Source of the DNA: an uncultured Erysipelotrichaceae bacterium
GTDB taxonomy: Bacteria > Bacillota_I > Bacilli_A > Erysipelotrichales > Erysipelotrichaceae
Assembly: GCA_942492995.1 (NCBI GenBank)
Contig: OW818653.1
Coordinates: 990,001 to 1,022,000, forward strand
Direction: 5' to 3'
Length of the DNA stretch: 32,000 nucleotides
The translations under genes were made by a program, and so were the position numbers. Position 1 is the stretch's first letter. Each line of letters begins with the position of its first letter. The notes below the pieces were generated by a model, which was given only the letters and a program-made list of their open reading frames with translations, ran no database searches and was not told the DNA's origin. Positions 8,878 through 17,122 of this stretch are shown here, piece after piece.

Positions 8878-8947
8878 AATTATCCTCATTAAAAGTTTAG
8901 TTTATTTAGAAATAAACATCCGACATTTTGTGTGCAAGTTATATCGA

Positions 8948-9463
8948 TTAGAATTCAAAATCTTTTTCATTGATTAAAATCATATTCTTTATCCATTTAT
9001 CATGATGTAGATCGATGATTTCAATTGCACTATGTTCATCAGATGCCCATGTACTATGTGCATCTTTAACAAGTGTAACATTATATCCCAACTCTACAGC
9101 ACGTGTACTTGTCGCATTTACATAATACTCTGTCTGCATGCCTACGATTACTAATTGATCAATTTTATTTTGTTCAAGTATTTCTTTTAATGGGGTTTCA
9201 TAAAATGAATCAGATTCTGTCTTTTGTATAATCGTATCTGTTTCATTTGGTTTTATCCCTTCAAATATCTTCCATGTTTCACTTCCATTCTCAAACTCAC
9301 TCCCTAACTCATTATGTTGAACATAGATGACAGGAATATTCTTAATTCTAGCTTTATGTATGAGTGATTGAATGTTATGAATTTTATCGTTAGCTTGATA
9401 CACAGGATTATCAACCGCAATCATCGCATTTTGTACATCTATTATAAGTAATGCTTTTCCCAT
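8948..9463 (-). CDS. Isochorismatase-family cysteine hydrolase
   Basis: ALLIIDVQNA opening, then ...VIVGMQTEYYV. The size and layout are typical of the family. The ATG at 9463 is preferred over the TTG at 9475. Confidence 0.8.
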   Translation of the reverse strand: MGKALLIIDVQNAMIAVDNPVYQANDKIHNIQSLIHKARIKNIPVIYVQHNELGSEFENGSETWKIFEGIKPNETDTIIQKTESDSFYETPLKEILEQNKIDQLVIVGMQTEYYVNATSTRAVELGYNVTLVKDAHSTWASDEHSAIEIIDLHHDKWIKNMILINEKDFEF

Positions 9464-9544
9464 AAATTTTCCCAACTTTCGTTTGATAATTCTATACTAC
9501 ACAAAATTAGGGTGACTGCCTATTCATGTGATATTTAATTGGAT

Positions 9545-9566
9545 AAAAAAACGAGAATTTCTTCTC
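9545..9566 (-). terminator. Short hairpin plus T7 after the EAL-HDOD gene
   Basis: The minus strand reads GAGAA gaaa TTCTC g TTTTTTT. The stem is only 5 bp. Confidence 0.4.
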
Positions 9567-9569
9567 ATT

Positions 9570-10772
9570 TTAATCATTATTTTTAACCCAAGTAATTGCC
9601 TCAATATACAATTCCATAAATCTTGATTGGCTAATATTTTGAATTGGTTGTACAAGATCTAATTCATTAAGTTGTGCATACTCATGTTTCATAATAACAT
9701 TCAGTGCATTATTAATCGGATTTTCATTACCGAGTAATGCGTCTTTAACTTCTTGCGTGAATGGTAACTCATCCACAATCGTTTTCATTTCACGATTAAG
9801 TAGTATATCGATACTTGAGAACATTCCTACCATGAAATAATCGAGATATTCTTGTTCTAAGCCAATTTCTAGTGCGATTAACTCCATAAATTTCGCACGA
9901 ATAATACTATTTTTTATAAGATCTTTATTTTCTATAATTTGTATATCTTTGACCAATAATATATTAAACCAACGTTTCAATTCACTAATACCCAATCTTA
10001 CGATTGCTTGTTTGATTGATTTAATTTCGTATTTAGCTTCAAAGTAAACTGTATTTGATACTTTGAGTAATTTATACGATAAACCTAAATCAGCTTGAAT
10101 TATCTCACTAATGCGATTAAATTCTGGTTCTTCCGCATATAGTTCATTGATAATTCGTACGATATTTGTGTTTAATACCGCAATGTCTTTACCCTTCACA
10201 ATAACTGGTTTACTAAAGAAATAGCCTTGGAAGTAATCATATCCCATATTCAATGCTAAATCATATTCTTCACGTGTCTCTACTTTTTCTGCTAAGAAAC
10301 TTAACTTATGTTTATATAAATTTAGTAATCTTCTTTGTTCAAACAAACTAACCCGAGAGAATTCTATTTTAACAATATCCACGATCTCAAGTAATGGAAT
10401 ATATTGTTCACTAAATACGAAATCATCTAATGCGATTTTATAGCCATTTTGTTTTAACTTGATACACGATTCGATTAGATCTTGACTGATAATGGATTGT
10501 TCAAGTATTTCTACAATTAATGTTTCTTTAGGAAGTAACATTGGTACATTATCGACAATCATAGATTCTGTAAAATTGATAAATGCCTTTGTTCCTTCAG
10601 TTAATTCATCAAAATGCATCACAAAAAATGCGTTATTAATAACTTCAGCTGTGTCTTTATTGGCATCATTACCTTCATAGAAATTATTCATACTTCTTCG
10701 ATATAAAAGCTCATATCCTAAGACATTATTATAGCGATCAAATATGGGTTGTCTTCCAACATAGACTTCCAT
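9570..10772 (-). CDS. EAL-like plus HDOD domain c-di-GMP signalling protein
   Basis: ATG 10772 lies 6 nt after GGGAGG; the track start at 10805 has no SD. The protein begins VGRQPIFD, and the EAL signature reads ELLYR. Also present are INFTES, EILE, IALDDF, KIEF, AEKVET and FQGYFF. The C-terminal half is HDOD-like (LKVSNTVYF...LGISELKRW). Confidence 0.85.
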   Translation of the reverse strand: MEVYVGRQPIFDRYNNVLGYELLYRRSMNNFYEGNDANKDTAEVINNAFFVMHFDELTEGTKAFINFTESMIVDNVPMLLPKETLIVEILEQSIISQDLIESCIKLKQNGYKIALDDFVFSEQYIPLLEIVDIVKIEFSRVSLFEQRRLLNLYKHKLSFLAEKVETREEYDLALNMGYDYFQGYFFSKPVIVKGKDIAVLNTNIVRIINELYAEEPEFNRISEIIQADLGLSYKLLKVSNTVYFEAKYEIKSIKQAIVRLGISELKRWFNILLVKDIQIIENKDLIKNSIIRAKFMELIALEIGLEQEYLDYFMVGMFSSIDILLNREMKTIVDELPFTQEVKDALLGNENPINNALNVIMKHEYAQLNELDLVQPIQNISQSRFMELYIEAITWVKNND

Positions 10773-10880
10773 AAATAGCCTCCCATTCGACTGGCGAAAC
10801 AACAATTATTGTGATAATAATCGATAAACATCTAGTTTTAATTGTACACTATTTTATTCATAATATATTTTAGAGTTTAG

Positions 10881-10908
10881 AAAAGGTGATAAATTTTATC
10901 ACCTTTTT
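10881..10908 (-). terminator. Terminator closing the GNAT-to-DUF1905 operon (bidirectional shape)
   Basis: AAAAGGTGATA aattt TATCACCTTTT, with A/T runs on both sides. Confidence 0.7.
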
Positions 10909-10910
10909 AA

Positions 10911-11174
10911 CTAAATTCTTTCTTTAATTGTGACATGAATCTGATCACCTGGTTTTTTATTGATTCTCGCTCGAATATCCTTACGAATACCAATAATATG
11001 ACAGCTCGTTCCCATACGTACAAGACTCCCATCATACGCTTCACCATCGAATGTAGCACATACTTTTACACGGCCTCGATTAAACTCATTTCGTACATCA
11101 TACGGAAACTCTATGTAAGCTCCATCGATATCTGGAACTTTTATAATGATCGCATCAAACTCATATACTTTCAT
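10911..11174 (-). CDS. DUF1905 domain protein
   Basis: 87 aa. The ATG immediately follows the TAA of the upstream gene. The pattern IEFPYDVRNEF..GRVKVCATFDG..YDGSLVRMG is typical of DUF1905. Confidence 0.7.
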   Translation of the reverse strand: MKVYEFDAIIIKVPDIDGAYIEFPYDVRNEFNRGRVKVCATFDGEAYDGSLVRMGTSCHIIGIRKDIRARINKKPGDQIHVTIKERI

Positions 11175-11657
11175 TTATTCTTCACCATTATAGGCTTTTA
11201 ATAGATCTTCAATAATCAATTTCTTCATCCCATACATCTTCTCTGAGACACGTTTCTTCTTTTCATTATCCGCATCTTTTAATAATTCTTCAATTTGAAT
11301 CGGTGATATTTGCCAACTTAAACCATACTTATCTTTCAACCATCCACAGACAACTTCTTCACCACCATCAAGTAATCGATCCCAATAGTAATCAATTTCT
11401 TCTTGATTCTCACAGTTAACAAGCAATGAAATAGCCTCATCAAAGGTAAACTCCGGTCCACCATTAATCCCTGTATACAGTTGTCCATCTAGTTCAAAGT
11501 TAACGGTTAAGACTGTCCCAATACGATCTGGATTTGCTTCATTATAATAGAGACAATCCACAATTCTAGAATTCGGGAAAATCGAACAATAGAATTCTGC
11601 GGCTTCATACGCATTGCGATCAAACCAAAGATTCGTTACGATACGTTGTTTAATCAT
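11175..11657 (-). CDS. VOC-fold protein (PhnB/YjdN-like, 3-demethylubiquinone-9 3-methyltransferase-like domain)
   Basis: NLWFDRNAYEAAEFYCSIFPNS...GWLKDKYGLSWQI. The start overlaps the upstream stop by 8 nt (ATGATTAA). Confidence 0.8.
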   Translation of the reverse strand: MIKQRIVTNLWFDRNAYEAAEFYCSIFPNSRIVDCLYYNEANPDRIGTVLTVNFELDGQLYTGINGGPEFTFDEAISLLVNCENQEEIDYYWDRLLDGGEEVVCGWLKDKYGLSWQISPIQIEELLKDADNEKKKRVSEKMYGMKKLIIEDLLKAYNGEE

Positions 11658-12057
11658 TTAGCACCAATTGCCAAGTTACTCCAAACTGGTCGGTCACCCA
11701 GGTCGCAAGTTTTAAACCCATAATTGGTTCTGGTCCCATTAGGACATTCCCATTCAATGATAATTGTTTAAATATCGCATTAAATTCATCTTCGTCTGTG
11801 CAATCTTTATAGAGTGAAATTGCCCATGTAAAATCAGGCAGATATTGTTTCTCCATATCCAACGCATAAAAGTTTAAACCATCTAATTCGAAATCTAGAT
11901 TTAGTACTTTCCCAACTTCACCGTGTTCTGGATCTTCGATTCGAGTAATCTCATTTATCTTAGAATTTGGAAAGATAGAGACATAGAAATTGACCGCAGC
12001 TTCTGCAGTACCTGGAAATGTTAGAAAAGGAATAATCGATGTTTGTTTGTATTCCAT
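11650..12057 (-). CDS. VOC-fold protein (PhnB-like), paralogue of the next gene
   Basis: PFLTFPGTAEAAVNFYVSIFPNS...WVTDQFGVTWQL. SD AAGGAGGA precedes the start. Confidence 0.8.
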   Translation of the reverse strand: MEYKQTSIIPFLTFPGTAEAAVNFYVSIFPNSKINEITRIEDPEHGEVGKVLNLDFELDGLNFYALDMEKQYLPDFTWAISLYKDCTDEDEFNAIFKQLSLNGNVLMGPEPIMGLKLATWVTDQFGVTWQLVLND

Positions 12058-12100
12058 AACAAGTCCTCCTTATTAATCCTATTATAAGCATGAATAATGA

Positions 12101-12631
12101 TTAGTAGGTTAAATACACTCTTTTAGGTTTATCGTTCTGAAGTAATTCATTTAAAACATATGTTTCTCTTACGATATACGTATATTCTTCAATCCCTTCA
12201 AACGCTTCATTTACTTCATATGCGGTATTAATATCCACCCATTCCAATTCATATTCAAGTTTTTTCTCATATTCATCCATATTCGTTGGGGCTAATGTAT
12301 CTTCAACTTCTGCAGTATAGTAATATGATTTTTGTTCAAATATCGCATCTTCAAATAAGCTTTTTCGACATTCCACAAAGAATCCATATTCACGAACCGT
12401 ATTTTCTTTTATTACTAATCCAGATTCTTCTTGAGTTTCACGAATCAATGTATCAATATGATCTTCATCTATTTCAACACCACCTCCAGGAAACTTATAA
12501 AACCCTTCTCTTTTACTTTTTACAAGCGCAATTAAATTATCTTTCTTAATGATTGCTCTAACCGCATTACGTTCTATTTTTTCCCATGTATCCAAATAAT
12601 CTCTTTTATCTAATACTTTTATAATTCGCAT
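12101..12631 (-). CDS. NUDIX hydrolase
   Basis: Nudix box GGGVEIDEDHIDTLIRETQEESGL. SD AGAGGGA precedes the start. Confidence 0.85.
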   Translation of the reverse strand: MRIIKVLDKRDYLDTWEKIERNAVRAIIKKDNLIALVKSKREGFYKFPGGGVEIDEDHIDTLIRETQEESGLVIKENTVREYGFFVECRKSLFEDAIFEQKSYYYTAEVEDTLAPTNMDEYEKKLEYELEWVDINTAYEVNEAFEGIEEYTYIVRETYVLNELLQNDKPKRVYLTY

Positions 12632-12647
12632 TATATCCCTCTTTCTA

Positions 12648-12950
12648 TTATTTCCGAATTAGCGCAACTCGATATGGATGTAGCTCAGAAACCATAATAC
12701 CGCCTTTTACAGCCGGATCATTTAACATAATCTGTTCTGCTTGTTCATCTGTTTCTGCTTCAAAAATCACAATCCCAAATGTTTTATCATCTTCTTCTAA
12801 TGTTCTTCCTGCTAAAACCAGTATTCCTTCTTCTAATAATTTTTTTAGATTAGAAAGGTGTTGATCCACAATCATATTATCCGTATTTGTCCAATTTGAA
12901 TTATCCATTAATCTTGGAACTAATCTTAAAATGTAGACATATTGGTTCAT
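12648..12950 (-). CDS. YciI-family protein
   Basis: 100 aa. The ...LAGRT...GIVIFEAETDEQAEQIMLNDPAVKGGI...ELHPY layout is typical of the family. Confidence 0.7.
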   Translation of the reverse strand: MNQYVYILRLVPRLMDNSNWTNTDNMIVDQHLSNLKKLLEEGILVLAGRTLEEDDKTFGIVIFEAETDEQAEQIMLNDPAVKGGIMVSELHPYRVALIRK

Positions 12951-12951
12951 A

Positions 12952-13380
12952 CTAATTCTTTAACTCACGCACAAATTTTAGTGAAGTATGTTTAAATCCT
13001 TCGCGTTTATAGAATAGATGTGCTCTTTCACGAACTACATTTGTGGTTAATTCAATATGTGCAGCTCCAATACTTTTTGAATAGTTAACCGCAAAATCGA
13101 GTAGTTTCTTGCCTATTTTCTGACTTCGAAAATTATCATCGACAATAAGTTCCAATACTTCCACTACAATTGAGGCATGATGAAGTTGTTTCTCGCTTCT
13201 AAGATGAATATAACCTACAATTTTATCTAGTTTAGCACCATAAATAACATGATTGTTTAAACTAACAATTTCATAAAAACATGGTTTAAACGCATCAAAC
13301 GTTAATGTAGAATATTCAAGTTGATTACTTAACTCAAAAACACGATTCATATCTTCTATCCCCAACTGGATAATTTCCAT
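12952..13380 (-). CDS. GNAT-family N-acetyltransferase
   Basis: Acetyl-CoA motif RSQKIGKKLLDFAV. The ATG at 13380 is preferred over the TTG at 13398. Confidence 0.85.
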   Translation of the reverse strand: MEIIQLGIEDMNRVFELSNQLEYSTLTFDAFKPCFYEIVSLNNHVIYGAKLDKIVGYIHLRSEKQLHHASIVVEVLELIVDDNFRSQKIGKKLLDFAVNYSKSIGAAHIELTTNVVRERAHLFYKREGFKHTSLKFVRELKN

Positions 13381-13429
13381 TATGTAAGTACCCCTCAATT
13401 ATTTTATTATAACACCTCAATGAGGGATT

Positions 13430-13454
13430 AAAAAAACTAGAAATTATCTAGTTT
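13430..13454 (-). terminator. Terminator closing the 7-gene operon ending with the FNR-like gene
   Basis: The minus strand reads AAACTAGA taatt TCTAGTTT followed by further T residues. It touches the TGA stop. Confidence 0.65.
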
Positions 13455-14155
13455 CAAAATTCATAGTAGAGTTGTAAGATTCCATCTTTCTTATCAATCA
13501 CAATATTTTCGATACGTACACCAAATGATTTTAATTTCTTTATCACTGTTCTTAAAAATAAATCACTCCCTACAATATAGAAAATCGATTGATTATCCTT
13601 AATTACATTCGTAAGTGTTTGATAAAATTCAACCCGCGATTTAGTCCAAAAATTATGATAATTCGATGTTTCATATGCATCTAATTCGCTTTGATATACA
13701 TGAGTTTTTGTAGAATCTACATTTATATTTACAAGTTGAGATATTTTAGAATTATCTTCTAGAAACGTTTTAATAAGTGGACGCATTGTGGCTATTCCAA
13801 CACCCATTGATAGTAATATAACTGGTTTATTTTCACGTCTCAATTTCATTCTTGAGTTTAATTTGAATACAATTAGATCATCCCCAATGTTTAATTCTGT
13901 TAATCTACGTTTGAACTCTGAAGGTTTATCGTTTAATCGGGTTGTGAAACCCAATCGTTTTTCATGATTCAATGTCATTATTGACATATGTCGTACCAAG
14001 TTTTTATTCGGGAATTCTCCTTCATCGTAACCTTTATGCGCTATATGTGTATGTGAACCTTCTTCCCAATTTAATTCTTCGGGTTTTTCTAGAAAGTATG
14101 TTTTCGTTTTATCAGTTTCTTCTCGTATATCCACAATCTTAAGTTTGTATTTCAT
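13454..14155 (-). CDS. Ferredoxin-NADP reductase-like FAD/NAD(P)-binding oxidoreductase
   Basis: RHMSIMT (RxYS-type FAD motif) and MGVGIATMRP (nucleotide-binding loop). SD GGAGAA precedes the start. Confidence 0.65.
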   Translation of the reverse strand: MKYKLKIVDIREETDKTKTYFLEKPEELNWEEGSHTHIAHKGYDEGEFPNKNLVRHMSIMTLNHEKRLGFTTRLNDKPSEFKRRLTELNIGDDLIVFKLNSRMKLRRENKPVILLSMGVGIATMRPLIKTFLEDNSKISQLVNINVDSTKTHVYQSELDAYETSNYHNFWTKSRVEFYQTLTNVIKDNQSIFYIVGSDLFLRTVIKKLKSFGVRIENIVIDKKDGILQLYYEF

Positions 14156-14224
14156 GAACCATTCTCCTATAGTTCAATAGTGTACAATAACTCGACATAC
14201 AACCCTACTAATGTGACCAAATGA

Positions 14225-14620
14225 CTAATCCATTGACGCAAGTATCCATCGTTGAACAAGTGTTCGAATGGATGTTGCATGATTAATGACTTCTTCATAT
14301 GATCTAATACTATAAATCGCACGATCATTTTCTTTGAATACGAGCAAATTAAATTCATCTTCGATTAAATGATTTATCGGTTGAACTTTAACTTTTGCGC
14401 CTCTATGAAAAATAATTTGGACTTGTTTTATATCTTGGATTCTTAATGTAATACGATCTTCTTGTTTGTATTGGTAATTAGGTCCATTCCATTTAATTGT
14501 CTCAGTTAGCTCTAACTCTACGCTTAAGATAAGCTCTCTAAGATATTCAATGGTTTGAATTAAAGGAGGATTAAGTTCATTAATTAGTTGTGTTACGTCG
14601 TTTGATTTATGATTTTTCAT
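14225..14620 (-). CDS. DUF1801 domain protein
   Basis: IKWNGPNY core. This is the second member of the family in the window. Confidence 0.65.
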   Translation of the reverse strand: MKNHKSNDVTQLINELNPPLIQTIEYLRELILSVELELTETIKWNGPNYQYKQEDRITLRIQDIKQVQIIFHRGAKVKVQPINHLIEDEFNLLVFKENDRAIYSIRSYEEVINHATSIRTLVQRWILASMD

Positions 14621-14639
14621 ATTAATTGGTCACTTTCAT

Positions 14640-15473
14640 TTAATCAATATTAGTCCAATGAATTGGAATACTTAACCCATTAGGAAGTAAAGTACGACCA
14701 TTTCCCAACATTGAATTAACTTGGAATTGTGTTAAGAATATACATTCACTTAAATCCGTATTCTTAACAGATACATCACGTAAATCTGTCCCTAGGAAAT
14801 TTGTATACTGTAATTTACATCCATCTAAGTTTGAACCAATTAGATATGTCATTGTGAAATCCATATAACTTAGATCTTGATTAGAATAATTCATTTCGAA
14901 CTGGAACTTACTTTCTATTTTTTTATTCGATTTATTAGCTAACTCACGCGTTAATTGTTTTAATTCAATATTTACGTTTGTTCGATATGTTTCAACATCA
15001 TATGTCAATAATTCAACTGAATCTATTCTTGTGGTGTTGATATTTTCTTGTATCAACTGATTTAAACTATTCATTTTTGATTCATCACAAATAGTGTATG
15101 CCTCTAACAAATACCACAAAATCTGATTTAACATTTGATTCATTTCGAATGACTTAAAGATATCGTGTTTTATCGAACTGTTTGTATTCCAATAACCTTT
15201 TGACTTCCATTCTTGGGTAACCTTTTGACCAGCTCCAAAACAATCATACGCGATACACCCTTTTAAATGTTTTGATTCAAGTTGTACATATACGTTACAG
15301 GTATAATCATTATTCAAATTAATACATGGTTTCCCTGCTTTTTTATTCTCTGGAAACCCATCAGTTTTATTAAAAAATAGCGCGACACAACACAAACCAC
15401 TACAATCTTTGCAGTTTAACTTTAGATTTGATTTTAAAGCTCTATAATCATCGTTCAGTGCTCTTTTGTTCAT
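14640..15473 (-). CDS. YkgJ-type Cys-cluster (CxxCxxCC) domain fused to C-terminal pentapeptide repeats
   Basis: The N-terminus has CKDCSGLCCV plus further Cys residues (CINL..C, CIAYDC). A helical linker follows, then pentapeptide repeats (LIGSNLDGCKLQYTNFLGTDLRDVSVKNTDLSECIF). The ATG overlaps the upstream TGA (ATGA) and sits behind TAAGGA. Confidence 0.8.
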   Translation of the reverse strand: MNKRALNDDYRALKSNLKLNCKDCSGLCCVALFFNKTDGFPENKKAGKPCINLNNDYTCNVYVQLESKHLKGCIAYDCFGAGQKVTQEWKSKGYWNTNSSIKHDIFKSFEMNQMLNQILWYLLEAYTICDESKMNSLNQLIQENINTTRIDSVELLTYDVETYRTNVNIELKQLTRELANKSNKKIESKFQFEMNYSNQDLSYMDFTMTYLIGSNLDGCKLQYTNFLGTDLRDVSVKNTDLSECIFLTQFQVNSMLGNGRTLLPNGLSIPIHWTNID

Positions 15474-16123
15474 TCTTTATCCTTAATTACGATTCCAAAT
15501 AAACTCACTAAATCAACCACTTGTATTGAGTTTAGGATAATACCTTTTAATTCACTATAATTATTCGATACGATTGGATTAATAAAATCGTTATCCGAGA
15601 AATCGATTTTTTCTAAGAGTGTTTTAAAGAAATTATTATTAATAAACTTTGATTTAATCGCTGTAAAATTCTTAAATTGAGCTTCAGAAAATGATACTTC
15701 CGTCAAATTAACCTGATTAAACTCTACATCATTTAACTTCGCATATTCAAAATACGCATACTGTAAATTAGATTGTTCAAACCCAACATGTTTAAGTAAT
15801 GTCTTAGACATATCAATCCCAACCCCTTTACAATGGTTAAACTGACATCGTTCAAAATATGCACCTTTAAACATACTATTCGATAAATCACATACCTGAA
15901 AGACCACATCCACAAAACTAGCCTTCTCGAAGTTACAATGATCAAAACTCATATTTTCAAAATATGATTTACGTATTTCAATATTCTGATAATCACCATG
16001 ATCTATAGTCATATTCGAACATGAAATACCAGATATCGATGAATCTTCTTCGATTGAATAGTTTGCTAATTCTATAAAAGAAGGAATTGGTTCGAGTGAT
16101 TTTAGTAATTGTGGTTTATTCAT
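15470..16123 (-). CDS. Qnr/MfpA-like pentapeptide repeat protein (EfsQnr-like layout)
   Basis: 217 aa, almost entirely A(D/N)LxF-type pentapeptides (NFEKASFVDVVFQVCDLSNSMFKGAYFERCQFNHC...). The C-terminal tail SNNYSELKGIILNSIQVVDLVSLFGIVI parallels the SPNYLSGLKVTPEQAIYLASALGLVI tail I recall for the enterococcal Qnr-like protein. Confidence 0.75.
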   Translation of the reverse strand: MNKPQLLKSLEPIPSFIELANYSIEEDSSISGISCSNMTIDHGDYQNIEIRKSYFENMSFDHCNFEKASFVDVVFQVCDLSNSMFKGAYFERCQFNHCKGVGIDMSKTLLKHVGFEQSNLQYAYFEYAKLNDVEFNQVNLTEVSFSEAQFKNFTAIKSKFINNNFFKTLLEKIDFSDNDFINPIVSNNYSELKGIILNSIQVVDLVSLFGIVIKDKE

Positions 16124-16142
16124 ATATATCCTGTTCTAATCT

Positions 16143-16418
16143 CTAGACGAGATAATTATTCGCTTCATTCGCTAATTCAAGTGTATGTAATTCATAGGAT
16201 TTGTATCCCTGTTTAATATATGGATCATTTTCAGCTATCTCAATCGCCGCTTCTTTATCCAACGCATGGATTATAACGATTCCTCCAGGATAATCACTAA
16301 AAGGACCACATAAAATAAGTTTATTTTCTGACTTAAGCCTTTTTAAAAACTCGACATGTTCAATTATAACAGCTTGATTCAATTGTTTAACATTATGCAT
16401 TAGATATAGATAATCCAT
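16143..16418 (-). CDS. YciI-family protein
   Basis: 91 aa, ...LILCGPF....GGIVIIHALDKEAAIEIAENDPYIKQGY. SD TGGAGA precedes the start. Confidence 0.7.
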   Translation of the reverse strand: MDYLYLMHNVKQLNQAVIIEHVEFLKRLKSENKLILCGPFSDYPGGIVIIHALDKEAAIEIAENDPYIKQGYKSYELHTLELANEANNYLV

Positions 16419-16429
16419 TTAATCTCCAA

Positions 16430-16708
16430 TTATTTATTACGTTTTGTAATTTTGTATAACTTTCCTTCATTATCATACGTTATCCAATCCCCTATCGGTT
16501 CTCCAAACTCAAAATGTCCAGATCGTTTTAAAGTACCATCGATACGAAACCATTCCCAATAACCATGTGGTTTATCATTAACCATTTTTCCTTTGGACCA
16601 CATAGTCGCACCATTCGCATGATATTTGATCGTATAATCATCAATGATTTCCATTTTCTTCGCTTTGACTTTACTCGTAGTTACTAAGTCACATTTATCA
16701 TTTGTCAT
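16430..16708 (-). CDS. MORN-variant repeat protein (YwqK-like antitoxin/immunity family)
   Basis: 92 aa with G.W..F..DGTLK..G.F..G...G.W..YD..GKL repeats. SD AGAGGT precedes the start. Confidence 0.55.
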   Translation of the reverse strand: MTNDKCDLVTTSKVKAKKMEIIDDYTIKYHANGATMWSKGKMVNDKPHGYWEWFRIDGTLKRSGHFEFGEPIGDWITYDNEGKLYKITKRNK

Positions 16709-16711
16709 ATA

Positions 16712-17074
16712 TTACCTCTTGATTTTCGATTGATTCGTTTGTATAAAAGCTAAAACAACTGTTAGTAAAACAAACACAATTAAAGCTATTCTAAAGTCCC
16801 CACTATTTGAATTCACTATTCCAAATTGGAATATAAATAATAGATTTAATATCAGATAAATCGATATAGAAATTGTCGTAATAATTCGTTTACTAAATGA
16901 TCGAGTTTGTATAAACAAGAAAATTGTCCACAACATTATCACAATGTTAGATTGTACACGAATCATCTCTAATTGGTTTGTGAGGAAGTGTACAATGATA
17001 TCTAATAACTGAACACTAATAGTCAGAATAGATACTCCATATTTTCGTATACTATTTGTTTGAATTTGTTTCAT
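16712..17074 (-). CDS. Small integral membrane protein, unknown function
   Basis: 120 aa with about four hydrophobic helices. SD AAGGA precedes the start. Its stop lies 3 nt before the next start. Confidence 0.6.
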   Translation of the reverse strand: MKQIQTNSIRKYGVSILTISVQLLDIIVHFLTNQLEMIRVQSNIVIMLWTIFLFIQTRSFSKRIITTISISIYLILNLLFIFQFGIVNSNSGDFRIALIVFVLLTVVLAFIQTNQSKIKR

Positions 17075-17122
17075 AAATAATCCTTATTTATCTATTTTAA
17101 CACCATTTCATACTGTTCATAT

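Noticed and set aside
8789-8977. 62-aa plus-strand ORF
   Set aside because: It is antisense across the AraC start and the isochorismatase stop, with no SD.
10492-10680. 62-aa plus-strand ORF
   Set aside because: It is antisense inside the EAL domain of the EAL-HDOD gene.
10935-11201. 88-aa plus-strand ORF
   Set aside because: It is antisense to the DUF1905 gene, which fits the operon and has family motifs.
12286-12549. 87-aa plus-strand ORF
   Set aside because: It is antisense inside the NUDIX gene, which has an intact Nudix box.
14167-14358. 63-aa minus-strand ORF
   Set aside because: It overlaps the 3' part of the DUF1801 gene in another frame and runs into the SD region of the FNR-like gene. 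It has no SD of its own.
15733-15945. 70-aa minus-strand ORF
   Set aside because: It is an alternative frame inside the Qnr-like pentapeptide gene.
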